Part shown: positions 1 through 12,464 of the stretch, piece by piece
Position numbering within the stretch: position 1 is the stretch's first letter
How the letters are laid out: each line of letters starts with the position of its first letter
NCBI RefSeq assembly: GCF_963921235.1
Contig: NC_086106.1
Coordinates: 20,770,001 to 20,834,000, forward strand
Source of the DNA: Mobula hypostoma
Lineage: Eukaryota
Direction of reading: 5' to 3'
DNA: 64,000 nt
Notes under the pieces: model-generated
Seen by the model: the letters and a program-made list of their open reading frames with translations, nothing else
Databases searched by the model: none
What the model was told of the DNA's origin: nothing
Program-made: the position numbers and the translations under genes

Positions 1-1034
1 GAAAACTCCTTCCTTTTCAGACTTCAGTAAAAGTGATTCTGCATCATTTCTAATGACTCGTTTTTTAAGAAAATACACATTATTACGATGGTGTATATCT
101 GACAACAGATCCAAATCCTTTGCAGATCATTACTAAATAAATTAAAAATTGACAGTTTCGTTGGGGTGGTATCCGTGGAATGTTCATCCTTCTCTCTCCG
201 CTACTCATCTATTTTCATGTACTGTCTCGTTTCCCATCTCTCTGAATCCAACCTTGTGTCTGTCCATTGGAAAACTGTGTCAATGAGGTCCTTGCCCAAT
301 ATTTCTCCTTCAGTAACATCAAAAGTGTAAATGTTATCACTTTATGTCAAAACCACTTTTACTGAATCACCAGTAACACTGTTAATGTGGGAAAGCACTT
401 GTTAAGCAAACCCAGGCGGGACTGAAGGAGGGCAACAAATTAGAGAGGCTAATCCTGGGATATCGGCTATACGATTGCTGTATGCTGGTAGAGACCGTAC
501 ATGACGGGACTGACACGCACTGGTGCCCTGGGGATATTGAACCATCGACCATTCTCTCAGAATATGTCTTAACCCAATCATCTTCAACGTGAAATCAGCA
601 GAAAGTAACCCCCGATACCAATAACTTGACAGAGAAAAAAAAAATCATTGCTGTCACTGACATGGAACACGTTAAAATGCAATGAATCGCTTTGCCGCTG
701 ACGGTAGATTTAGTTGGTGCCGATTATCATAACCCAACTTTCAGTCAAACAGTGAACTCACTCATCTAAATCGTCTGGTGTCAAGGCACAGTCTGGTGAC
801 AAGATCCCACCCCATTCCCGTGCAGTTTGTTCCCTGTCTGTGGACAGTTCACTGTTGGGGTAGGAGAGGTCGCGCTGTACTGTTACTGGGCTCTAGAGAA
901 ATCCAGCTAGTTTATGGAGGTTCATTTACTTGTTCTAAATATATCACTGATTTCAGTTGATTCACTGCATTCGCCAACACCGAGAATTAATAAAATACAA
1001 ACGGGTGAGGATAGAATTCAGAAGTTGGATTTAC

Positions 1035-1121
1035 CTGAAGTCACTATCAACGTGGCTCATTCGCTCCGTTTGGCCAGATATTCACTCCTCTGGGTGTCGT
1101 CACTTAGCCAATGCAATAACT
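1035..1121 (-). pseudogene. IGHJ: Unit 1 JH segment (1082-1035) with 23-RSS; in-frame stop
   Basis: Plus-strand RSS CACTCCT-23-GCAATAACT (1083-1121). The 48-nt J reads YLAKRSE*ATLIVTS, so the WGxG motif has decayed to RSE*. The donor is intact: ACT TCA G|gtaaat. Confidence 0.8.
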
Positions 1122-1553
1122 GCACTTGCCTGTCTCTGTCAAGAGGTTCGGAAACGGTCCAATTGCCGAGTGAGTGACACTGAAGCCGATCTATAGTTCA
1201 CATACGTTAATGCGAACAGTGTTAAAGGGGAAGGAAACCAATAAACGCTAGGCCAAACTGGACCGTTAATTAAAACTCTCAAATGAAAAACGAAGCATAA
1301 TGTGCGACTGAAAAGACAACTGACAATAAATAAATACCGCTAGTCTTCAGAGTCAGTTGACTGCACAGTCCAATTTTTCAGGCAAGGCAGAATGCTTCGG
1401 ACGTTCTGTGTCCAAGTCTTAACAAGTACTACGACGAAATTTATGGAGTTAAATTCAATCAGAATGAAAAAAAAAAGCTGACACATGCATATTCACGAGT
1501 GCAATTACCGAATCTGCTGCGCTGCCGAATACGTGGTTTTGACAGTCACATCC

Positions 1554-1610
1554 AATTAGTTCAACACCTGTCAAATTGATCCCTGTCCGAACCGGAAATA
1601 ACAGCATCCT
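1554..1610 (-). pseudogene. J-like remnant (unit 1), frameshifted, donor lost
   Basis: TAT TTC CGG TTC GGA CAG GGA TCA AT-TTG ACA ... then ctaatt where gtaatt is expected; resembles YF..WGQGTMVTVT. Homologous to 26921-26975. No RSS found. Confidence 0.4.
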
Positions 1611-1846
1611 CGATTTTCATCCCAAACTCTGAGCTTGGCTCTTCCTGGCGTGTGGATTAAAGAGGCATCTTCAGAGTTTTCCTGTCGGAGGTCACCGGTT
1701 TCTGTCAACACACAGAAACAGAGTCTAACCATTATGAACTTTTAATTGCCCAGCATAGCAGTCCAGTCAGGCTTCTGTGATTTGGCTCTGGTAAGCAACA
1801 GAGCGGAAGTCATGTACACTGACTGTGCTGCTGATTTGTCGGGACC

Positions 1847-1910
1847 AGTTTCTGTTCAGCTCCCCAAAGTCGTTATCCATATCATCGAACATTGCCATAG
1901 CTCACAAACC
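1847..1910 (-). pseudogene. IGHD: Unit 1 D2-type segment (12/12 RSS) with both heptamers decayed
   Basis: Nonamers TCACAAACC (plus, 1902-1910) and ACAGAAACT (minus, 1855-1847) each lie 12+7 nt from an 8-nt core ATATGGAT. The heptamer positions read CATCGAA and AACGACT, with no CAC. It aligns to the unit 2 D at 27212-27275. Confidence 0.65.
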
Positions 1911-2500
1911 GCCTTTAACCCATCGGGTCTGAAATCAGTTGAATCCTCGAGTCAGACAGCGGACTTCGGAATGCTCCTCACCCTCACTTCTGTGCCCCGG
2001 TGTTCCACACAGTGAGTCTTGATATTGGCCAGCTCAGTCCTTACGTGGAAAGGATCTGATCAAACGAGATCTTCTACTGGTCATCCATTGATCCTCGCTG
2101 GCATTCACTGTTACTCGGTTGTTCGGTTCGCTACCAAACAGTGGAACCTCTACCTAGCCCTAGATTATCCACTCGGAATCTGATAAATATGTCCCAGTTT
2201 AAAGGCTGGGTTAAGCGCCCAAAGAACCCAATTTAAATAGTGTTATTGTTACGTAGCATTTGGGTAAAGGTCCTGTAACTGACGAAGTATATAGGTGACC
2301 CCATCCCCAACGACGCTTGTCTCCGAGCTGCCGTGTGACTTCATCCTCTGAAAGCCTTGGTGGAGACATTCCGCACCTCCACTCTCACAACATACTTTCC
2401 CTTGTGTGGACGCCCGAACCTGTCCAGAAGAATAGTCATCCAGCTGTGGCGATCTCTCTTGCCCTTTCCCTCAGCACTCTAAGGGCAGGTGTTCTCCATG

Positions 2501-2539
2501 TGTTTTTGTCCCGGTCCAATCGCAGTCTCTCTAACTGTG
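2501..2539 (-). promoter_or_regulatory. 23-bp recombination signal sequence of the unit 1 V
   Basis: CACAGTT, 23-nt spacer agagagactgcgattggaccggg, then ACAAAAACA, immediately after TGT GCG ACG. Confidence 0.95.
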
Positions 2540-2990
2540 CGTCGCACAGTAATATGTGCCTGTGTCGTCCAGTATCAGGTCGTTCATTTGCAGATAAAAA
2601 TTGCTGCTGCCCTTGGAAGCGGTGAACCGTCTCTCGATTTCAGGCGCGTAATACTTATTACTTTCACTATAATAACGTACCAACGTTTCCAGCCCTTTCC
2701 CGGAGGCCTGTTTCACCCAGTACATGGTATAGCTGTTGATATTGAAACCACTGGCTTCACAGGACAGTCTGTGCGACTCTCCGAGCTTTACCACGGCTAA
2801 GTCGGCTTGATTCAGCAGGATGTCGGATCGCACGCCTGGCGAGAAATAAACAGCAGACATGAATAAAATGTTCCAGCGGCATAGGCTCCAAAGGCTCCGA
2901 AACGTCGGCTGCCCCGGGTGTGCGACGGGCCGCGGGTCACATACCTGTAAGACAGGACAAGAGGAGACAGATATAAAGAACGACACCCAT
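2540..2990 (-). CDS. IGHV: Intact IgH-type V gene segment (unit 1): leader exon 2990-2945, intron 2944-2836, V exon 2835-2540
   Basis: Leader MGVVLYICLLLSCLT-G with GT donor (ACAG|gtatgt) and AG acceptor (tctcgccag|GC). The spliced ORF reads ...GVRSDILLNQADLAVVKLGESHRLSCEASGFNINSYTMYWVKQASGKGLETLVRYYSESNKYYAPEIERRFTASKGSSNFYLQMNDLILDDTGTYYCAT, with canonical Cys, Trp and YYC and no stop. It is followed directly by an RSS. IgM-like versus IgW-like class is not resolved. Confidence 0.95.
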
Positions 2991-3099
2991 CGTTCTGAGC
3001 ACTGAATCGGATTTAAACACTTTTGAGATCTGTGCTTCAGCTCAGGCTGGATTTAACGCGAATCAAAGTGAGCGCTGATTAAATAGTTACATTGACTGC

Positions 3100-3260
3100 G
3101 AGTGAGAGAGGGTGTCGCAGCTTGAACACGTTCTCACCAACTGATCTAAACGAACAGCTTCCTGTCCCCTCCCCCAGCAGAACTTTTAATTCCCCAAAAG
3201 ATGTTCGCCTCTGTGCAGGAGACGGGTCCGCGGCAGTGACCAAAACCGGATTGAAGGTCT
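3100..3260 (-). promoter_or_regulatory. Conserved VH upstream (promoter) block
   Basis: Aligns with 28650-28800. It includes an identical 18-mer AATTCCCCAAAAGATGTT and AGCTTCCTG at nearly the same distance from each ATG. Confidence 0.6.
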
Positions 3261-3339
3261 ATCGCTCTCTGTTCAAATGGTCAGCTTGAGGGTGGGATAA
3301 TTTATTTAAACTGAAACACCAAGAATCCCTACGGAAACG

Positions 3340-5370
3340 AAATGAGAGACACCGTCAGGTGACAAATATCCCGCTGAGAGACAAACAGTGAGAAGCACCA
3401 GTCAGTGGAGAAATAACATCCGGAGACATGGACTAAGAGACGCTAGTCAGGTAATTACAGATGGCTGAAAGAGGAGTTGCCGAGAATTAATTGGAAAAGA
3501 ACACAAGCAAGGGCGACGGCAGAGCAGCAATGGTTGGAATTTCAGGAAGCAATTCAGGAGGCACAGAATATACAAACCCCAAACAGGAAGAAGCTTCCTA
3601 AAGACAAGATGACGCATCCGTTAATAACAAGACGTCAAAGCCAACATAAAAGTCAAATTGGGAGCATATCATGGAGCAATCACTTGAGGGAAGTTGACAG
3701 ATTGGGCAGATTTTGAATACAAACAGAAGGCAACAAAAAAGTCATTAAGAAGGTAAAGATGGAATACGAAATTGAAAATGTCACTCCATTCTACGAGTGC
3801 GGAGAAAGACAGAGGAAAATAGATTATGGCCATATAGGCCATAATGTTGGAACCGATTGTTCAGGGTGTGATTTCAGGGTACTTGGGAGCACATGCTAAA
3901 ATAGGTCGTAGGTAGCATGATTTCTTTAAGGGGAATCCTTGCCTGACAACCCTGTTGGAATTCTTGAAAAATAACACGCAGGATAGACAAAGCAAAACCG
4001 TTTGATGTTGTATACATAGGATTTTAGAAGGCCTATGACAAGGTGCTACGCATAGGCTGCTTACCAAAGTACAAGCCCGTGCGATTACAGGAACTATTTA
4101 AGAATGGACAAAACAGTGTCATGTTTACAGGAGGGAAAGTGTCGGAATAAAGGCAGCCTTTTCTGGATGGCTGCCGGTGATTAGTGATGTTCCACAGCAG
4201 TCTGCGATGGGACCGATATTTTTCAGGTAAAATGCCAATGATGTGGATGACCTTGTCGCAAAGTTTGTAGACGATACAAAGATAAGTGGAGGGGCAGGTA
4301 ATTCTGAGGAATTAGAGAGCCTGCAGAGGGTATTGAACAGATTACGAGAAAGGACAAAGAAGTGGCAGGTGGAATGCAGTGTCAGGAAGTGCATGGTCAA
4401 TCACATTGGAAAATTAAATGAAAGGCTTGACTATATTCTGAATAGAGAGAAAAAGACGAAGATCTGAGGGGCAAAGGAATGGGAGAACTGTGCGTGATTC
4501 TGTAAAAGTTACTTTGCTCGTTGTGCCTTTGGTGAGGAAGAAAAATGCGATTTTTGCATTCTTTTCAAGGTGACTTGAATATAAAAGCAAGGATGTTATT
4601 TTGAGGCTTTATAAAGCATTGTTAAGGCCATACCTGGAGTAACGTGATCCCCCCTATTTACGATTGGGTGTGCTGAAACTGGAGGGGGCTCCGAGAATAT
4701 TCATGTAAATAATACCAGGATTGAACGGCTTGCCATATGAAGAGCTTTGGTTGGCTGTCGGCTTCTATTCACTGGAATTCAGAATAAAGATGATTGAGCT
4801 ATTGAAAGCTATTGAATGGTGATGGGTCATGACAGCGTAGATGTGGAGAGGATGTTTCTTTTGGTGGGGACATCTAACACCAGCGGAGACAGCCTCAGAT
4901 TGGCGTCCTTTCAGAAAGGAGATGAAGAGGATTTTCATTAGCTACAGAGTTGTGAATCTGTGGAATATTTACCCCAGGCAACTGTTGAGGCCACGTATTT
5001 GTGTATATGTAACGAAGAGATACATATATTCCGGATTGGTAAGGAGATGAAGAGATACCGAGGGAAGGTAGTGCATGGGGGCAGGGAGGAAAAATACTTA
5101 GGCCATAATCAAATGGCGGAGCAGACTCAATAGTTTAAATGAGTTAATTCTGCTCGTCTATCTCATGGTCTAGTGGCCAGCAGTTAAATATCACCCGAAG
5201 AGACAGGGACGGAGAAAACAATCATTGGAATGATATCTCCCTGATATAAATGGACGGAGACACCAGTCAGCGGAGAGATATCCCTCTGATAGAGAGGAAC
5301 TAAGACACAAGATTCAAAAGGCAGATGTCCTCCTAAAGAACACAATCCGGGAGACAGCGAACTGCGCAGG
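3340..5370. repeat. Degenerate ~45-bp minisatellite (3340-3455 and 5185-5370) split by ~1.7 kb of CR1 fragments
   Basis: Recurrent gatatccc.ctga.agaga...gagacaccagtcagtgga units; the same array lies upstream of the unit 2 V (28860-29140). The intervening ORF 4243-4467 carries the CR1 RT motif KFVDDTKI. Confidence 0.6.
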
Positions 5371-6986
5371 AAAAATAGCAACAAAAATAATTACTACACA
5401 ATCTTCTGACCGCACCCATAGCACGAGAAGTAATATTGAGCACAGGTCCCTGGTTGAAAATAGACATAACAGATGTTCCTTTTCAGAGACCTGATAGCAT
5501 GAATTTCAGCACCAAGAACTAAGCACGTCTCCCCGAACTAGATTTCGAAAACTTTTTGACCTATTTCAGTCGATGAGAAAAACATGACGATTGATGCAGG
5601 TAGCTCAGGAGCTGACACCAAACTTCAGGAGAAGTAGTTGTTGCTGGTAATAGTACATATCCCAGTAGGTGTGCAGATAAGCTCGGCTTTACTGGTGCTG
5701 AAAAAAAGAAACTCGTGTTGGAAGGCATCCACGGTACAGATCAGCAGGCAGGGGAACTTTGTTTACCCGGACTGCTGAGGGCAGTACTGCGTGTAACAAG
5801 TCTTGCATTCTCACTCAAATATTAACCGCGCTGATAGACTTGCTAATCGATCCAACACTCAGCCCTACCAAGGTGATCTTCAGTGACTCATCAACTTTAA
5901 TGACTTCATGACAAACTAGAGGCGTTTCTGCAGACAATGAAGTATTTTTTCAAGCAGAATCACTGTTGCCATGGATGGAAGGTGGGACCCACATTAGAGA
6001 AAACGAATTCCCTTAAACAGCAGTGAAATATAGAGCGATTAGACACACTGTGATGCTTGTTAAGTTACCCTTGTTCGGGCAGATAGTGGAAAACTTTGCA
6101 AACCTTTAACGCCCACTTGACAACACCATCATGACAGGAATCAAAATATTGAATATTCTGCTTTCCTCCAATAGAACGATAAATTTGTCGTAGACTTTGG
6201 AGGCTTGCGTGTTGGCTGGTATCAGGACACAGTGCTTTGGCACTTGGTCGGAACACCTATGCCAAACAGGTCAAAGGGGAGAAACCATATTACGAATGGT
6301 CCCCTGTCCCTCTACATTATGAGGTATTGCCCAATTCTTAGAACAGTGAACGGTCAAAAGCAAATTGTCCCGGAAATAGAAACGAGGGTTATTTCTATAC
6401 CTGTGTACGATTGTATTCCTTCGTCTCCTGTTGGGATTTGCATAACTGACTAGAGTGAAACCTGAGAGGAAGCTAGTGGTACGACGAAGGAAACCCTGAA
6501 AACCACGAAAATCAGGATCAGAAACGTTTTTTTTTAAGAAGAGTTTATAGACCAGGATGCTCCAGATGATCGCTGTACCGTAGAGACAGAAATGAGGACC
6601 CTGAAACTCACTTGAGACACATTAGATAATATGGCCAAAGACGGCAGATGTCGGGGACCTTCTTTGCTGTTCTAAACGACATCAGCGTAACAGACAGTAA
6701 CTAACTAACATTGGCGCACGACATACCCTATTGAGAAACGTACATGCCTCAATGGTGCCGATGTGTCGACCATTTGTCATAGGTTTCCCTATTGCATTTT
6801 CCGACACAAGCTGATGCCTAACTCTTATCCGGATGAAATGTCATCTCCAATCCCTCCACCCAAGTAATCCTTGTTCAGTGGAGTCCATTTGACAACCTTC
6901 ATCGTTAATCACAGCTCTAAGATTTGTTTGCCAACTGCTTTCCTAATCACCTACCGTATATTTTAATGGAAAGGTTATTTTTTGTA

Positions 6987-8335
6987 CAGTGCCTATAAAA
7001 CGTATTCATCCTCCTTGGAAGCATGCATATTTTATAGTTTTAGAACATTGAATCACTAAGAATTTAGTTTAGCTTTTTTGAGACAGATTAAAAGAAAAAA
7101 GTCTCTTTTCTCTCAAATTATAAACAGATCTCTACAAAGTGATGTACACTAAATACAAATATAAAACACAAAATATTTGTCAGCATACGTATTTACCCCC
7201 TTCAGGTCAGTGTTTAATACATGCGCATTTGGCTGCAATTACAGCTTTGGATATCTGGACAATGCAATTTTCCCACATTCTTCTTTACAAAATTGCTTAA
7301 GCTCTGTCAGATTGTATGGGGATCGTGAGTACACAGCCATTATCAAGTCCAGACATAAGTTTCTCAATAAGATTGAGGTCTAGCATCTGACCTGGTCACT
7401 GCAGTATATTAACTTCGTTTTTTTTCATGCAATCCTGTGTAGCTTTGCCTTTATGCTTTGCGTCATTTTCTTGCCTGAAAACAAATCTACAAATCACAGT
7501 TCTCTTGTACACTGCTTCATGTATTTCGCTCTCTTTTGCTCCGTTTATTTTACCTTCTACATTCATAAGCTTCCACGGCCTTCTGAAGTGAAGCATCCTC
7601 ACAGAATGGCGAGCTACCACTATGTTTCATGGTAGGGGGGATCTGCGGTGTTCAGCTTACGTCGAAAATAGCGTTTCGTCTGATGGCAATAAAACTCAAA
7701 TTTGGATTCATTAGATCTTTTTTTTTCCAGCTAACTTCCTAGGTTCCCAGATTCGTTCTGGAAAACTCTAGCCGAGATGGCATGTGAGTTTCTATTCAAT
7801 AATTGGTTTCTTTGTGCTATTCTCTCATAAAGCTGCGAATGGTGAAGCATCTGAACAACAGTTGCAAGCACAGTATGTTCCATCTCAGCCACTGATTCTT
7901 GGAACTCCTCCAGAGCTGGCATAGGTCTCTTGGTGGCCAACCTCATTAGTTTCTATTCCTATGCGGTCACCTTGTTTTTGAGGATGGCCCGATCTAGGCA
8001 GGTGTACAGCTATGCAATATTGTTATATCTTCCGATGGTTGACTTCATTCATTGACTTGGATATATTCTTGTATCCATTTCATGACTTGTGCTTTCCAAT
8101 AACCTTTACGTGGAGTTACTTAGGGTGCTTTTGTCCACATGGTGTAGTTTCTGCCAGGATACTAACTCACCAGCAGTTGGACCTTTCAAATACAGGTGTA
8201 AATTTAATACAATCAATTGAAACACCTTGGCTGCACACAGGACTCGACAAACAGATCTCCATTAAACTAATTACGTGAATTTTAAACCAGATTGGCTGCT
8301 CCTGTGATGATTTAGTGTGACATATGAAGGGGGTG
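6987..8335 (-). mobile_element. Tc1/mariner transposon relic
   Basis: TA|CAGTGCCTATAAAA terminus. Minus ORF 7731-7946 (ATKRPMPALEEFQESVAEMEHTV...) matches the Tc1 transposase HTH region. Confidence 0.75.
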
Positions 8336-8399
8336 GGCGCGGGGTTGTGGTGGTGATAAATACCTAATTAATCAAGCAACACACATCAAAGGTGCTGTT

Positions 8400-8955
8400 G
8401 AAAGCAGCAGGCCAAGCAGCATTTCTAGGAGGAGGTACAGTCGAAGTTTCGGGCCGAGTCAGGATTAACTGAAAATAGAGCTAGTAAGAGGTTTGAAAGT
8501 GTGGGTGTGTGTGGGGGGGGGGGAGGGGGGCGGGGGGGAGATTGGAACTGATAGGAGAAGACAGGAGGGGGAGGGATGGAGCCAAGTGCTGGACGGTTGA
8601 TTGGCAAAATGATATGAGAGGACTGTGGGACGGGAGGCTCAGGCAGAAGGAAAAGGGGGAGGGGGGGAATACAGAGGACGGGCAAGGGGTATAGTGAGAG
8701 GTACAGTGGGAGAAAATGGAGCGAGAGAAAAAGAATGTGTGTATAGAAATAAATAACGGATGGGTTACAAAGGGAAGGTGGGGCATTAGCGGATGTTTGA
8801 GAAGTCAATGTTCATGCGATCAGGTTGGAGGCTACCTAGACGGTATATAAGATGTTGTTCCTCCAACCTAAGAGTGGCTTCATCTTTACAGTAGAGGAGG
8901 CCGTGAATAGACATATCAGAATGGGAATGGGACGTGGAATTAAAATGTGTGGTAA
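8400..8955 (-). mobile_element. Penelope-like element 3' fragment
   Basis: Reverse-complement homologue of 25400-25960 (GIY-YIG C-terminus and tail). The hammerhead core is partly deleted in this copy. Confidence 0.7.
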
Positions 8956-11900
8956 TCATTTTTTTTTTTGCTATTTATTTATATTTAATTTAGATCACTG
9001 TGTTGCTCTCTTTTCATTATGACACAAAAGAGTCTTGTTCTGTTAATTAGTGTCAAAAAAGCCAAATTAAATCCACTGGGATTGAATGTTAGGTCAAATG
9101 CCTATAAGGCCTAGGAGCAGAATTAGGCCATTTGGTCCATTGAGACTGCTCTGTCATTTAGTCATGGCCGATCGTTTACCGCACTCGTGAGCCAAAATTC
9201 CCCGCCCTTCCTACCGAAACCTTCGATGCCGCGTCCAATCAATATTGTTAAAGGCTCTGCCTTAAATACACCCAACGACCCGGCGTTCGCAGCTTCCAGT
9301 GTTAATAAATTCCAGCAACTCACCACTTTCTGGCTGAAGAAATTTCACGGCCTCTCTGTTTTAAATGGACGCCCCTGTATCCTCAGACTGTGTCCACTTA
9401 TTTGCTAAATACTACTTGCCCCTCCAGCAATCTTCGTACTATCTGCAAACTTGGCAACAAAGCCATCTAAATCATTGATATGCAACATAAAACGTTATAG
9501 GGCACCCACCACGCTCACTATATGAAATAGTAGGACAAGATGTATTATTCTAGTTTTAAACAATCAGGCCTTAGTTGCCTGCAATCAGTTGCTGAGCCAG
9601 CCGGCTTCCATTGGTGCTACAAACTTTTGTAGATCCTATGATTGCTTTCCAGGGAATAACATTTACTGGGCGGCAGAGTCGTGCAGTTTATAAAGTTGTT
9701 ATCTTATAGTTTCAACAACTGTCTTTCGTTCATGAACTGGGGAAAGATAACTGTCTCAAAAAACAGGAAAGATCAACGTCGTTGAAAAAAGCGGGCATGT
9801 TCAAGGGTGATTATTTAATTTCCCGTTCCTTGTGGGCTGAATCAACATGTTCATTTGCTCAGTAAAGTCCAGCAGGGCCCAGTTCAGGTCTGAATGTGAG
9901 GAATCAACGGTTATGGCTTGGTGGTCAAGCCCGTGAAGTTTTCAAATGTGCATGGGATCGCGGATAGCATCGTGTAGATGTTATCACTCTGTTGTCGCCA
10001 TACCAGGACCAATGTCTAGAAACAGACATATTGTCATGCAGCGATGGCACGGGCAGCTAATATTTGGTAGAGGTTATGTTTACATAGGTCAATTAGAAGT
10101 TCGAAGTTGGGCAATCGACCATGATTGTGCAGTCATCAGAGAATCCAGAGATATAGAATGAACGGGCTAATGAATCTGGAGTTAATCGGAGCCGAGAAAA
10201 TGTTTCAACTGTTGTCCGACGTGGAGGGCTTTAATTACACGGAGAGGTTGAATTGGCTGGATTTATTTTCACTAGAGCGTTGAAAGTTACATCCAACTTC
10301 GGAAATGTTTATAAAAAATTGAGCAGTATAGATACAGCAAAAGTCTGCATCCCACCCTACATAATTAAGAGCCAGAAGGCACAAAGTTCTGGTGATACGG
10401 AAGAAATTCAGGAATATGTTAGCGTTATTATCCCAAACTCATGGTTGTTGGTATCTGCAAAGAGCTATTAGAAAAAGTAGTGAGTCTGATACAGTGCGTT
10501 GTTTGAAAGGCATTTCGAACTGAGTTGCAATATCACCAGTCAGCACTTCCCATTCTGTCAGTACGTTTATGGCTGTGAATTGCTGGCAATCCTGGTCTAT
10601 CGGGCATTTATTCCATCTGTGCATTTAGGAATTGGTAGATTATTTTACTGATGTTCACTCGTTCGTATTCTTACTCTGCAACTATACTGATTCACTCAGT
10701 GATTAACCAACATTTGTTTTACATCTTATTGTTATTTTTAGCCGTGTTTGCCCCTCCTTGCCCACCCATTTGTGGCACAAAGTTTATTTTGTCTCGTCCA
10801 ACTTCCGACGCTATCTCCTTGAGCAGAAACGTTAAGTAACTTTTCTCACTTGCCGTGGATACAGTCTGACTTGGGTGTTTCCAGATTCATTTTTGCATTC
10901 CCAGCAGTTGCATTCTTTAAAAAAAATATTTAATGACAAACGTTTGCTTCCACTGGGAGAAAGCAATATCAAGAGTAAATTCCACGGACAACGCCGCGTG
11001 GACGTAACAGTCTAAGATTTAACACATTCGGTGCAACTCAGTACATAGGATATGGAATGGTACAGGCAGAGCCAGTTCAACCCACCCCATGTCTGTGCCA
11101 ATCTTGATATTATTTTAAGTAGCATATCTACCTATAACTCACCCATTGTGGATGGGAAATGCCTATAACATTTTCTCTTACAAGGTGCTATTTTATCTAT
11201 TTCCACATATTCTCCTCACGCTCCAGGCCCTCTCCACTCCGCATTCGTTTACTGACTAGTGAAACCTCTTTTGTATACCCCCTCTCAGATTAAATCTATG
11301 TTGCAGAGGATTTCACGGTTTTGATCTTTGGCATTGAAACACGGATTATCTTCCTTATCGTCGTTTCGCATTGTATATAATCAATCAGGTCGGTCGTCAG
11401 CCTCTGGTGCTCAAGATAAAGGAAGCCTATTTTGTTTAAGCTCCCTCGTAGATCATGCAGTCTTATGCAGGTAACATATACGTGACCCTCTTCTGCGGTA
11501 TATCCCAGGCCTCGCATCCTTCCTAACATATGACGATGAAAACTGTTTGCAAAATGCGGTGGAGCAAATATTGTATAAAACATTACTTGCCCAAATTTAT
11601 ACACAATTACACGAACGATAACGGGATATATATCGTACGCTTTCTTTTGCATGCTCCTCCCAGGGACCAAAACCTTGTCAGAGGGTTTGGTGGCTTTCGT
11701 CCCTCAATTCCACGGAGGGTCTTGTGCTTTGATTCTTGTTCAGGTCGTTCTCGGCATACAGGTCAAACGTAGAGGCCATACTGAGTGGTCCAACGGTTCT
11801 CCAGGTTCGGGCGTCTAGTTCAGAACTAACAACAGAGAATAGATTAAAAAGAATGCCCCCCATATGAAGTGACACATTGTAGAAATAGTTGATAAGGTGT

Positions 11901-12464
11901 CTGGGATGCTCCGGGGTTTAGGAAAAAAAAAGTTTTCATCAAAATAAATGTAGAAAATTTAGAAGAATCTGGGGTTGAGAGGCGCGCAGTTTTAAGTTCC
12001 TTGGCTTGCATATTACCGATGAATTCACGTGGTCTGTACATCACGGCTGGGTGGAGAAAAATGCACAACCGTGCCTCTTTTACCTTAAACGGTTGAAGTA
12101 GTTTGGTATGGGTCCCCAAATCCTAATGACTTCCTGCAAGGGAACAATTGAAGACAACCTGACTGAATGCATCAATATCTGATATGGGAACTATACATCT
12201 CTCAGGACACTGCAGGTGTGGTGCGGACAGCACAGCGAATCTGTAGGTATAATTTTCCCACTATTCTGGACATCTACAGAGGCAGGTTTATAAAAAATAC
12301 CCGGAAGTTCATTAGATCCAAGTCACCGGAACTGCAAATTGCTTCAGCTGCTACCATCCTGAAAACGGTACCACAGCATAAAAGCCAGTACTAACAGTCT
12401 TCGGGAGAATTTCTTTCCTCAGGCCAGCAGATTGATTCATTCACGCTGAAACAATTTCATTTAA

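Noticed and set aside
1981-2014. CACAGTG conserved in both units (2008 and 27362), followed on the minus strand by GTEVRV
   Set aside because: No nonamer at 12 or 23 nt, no W/FGxG motif and no donor.
2290-2400. Expected unit 1 D1
   Set aside because: The flank aligns to the unit 2 D1, but the heptamers and nonamer are unrecognisable.
5420-5699. Exon-like stretch on the minus strand (PVKPSLS...WCQ...AQYYF), with an ATGCAAAT octamer at 6436-6443 and a leader-like MVSPL* upstream
   Set aside because: It could be a decayed V or C exon, but the Cys residues, motif spacing and RSS are missing, so it cannot be told from chance.
9900-10010. DNIYTMLS, resembling an IgH TM exon start
   Set aside because: No hydrophobic segment follows in any frame.
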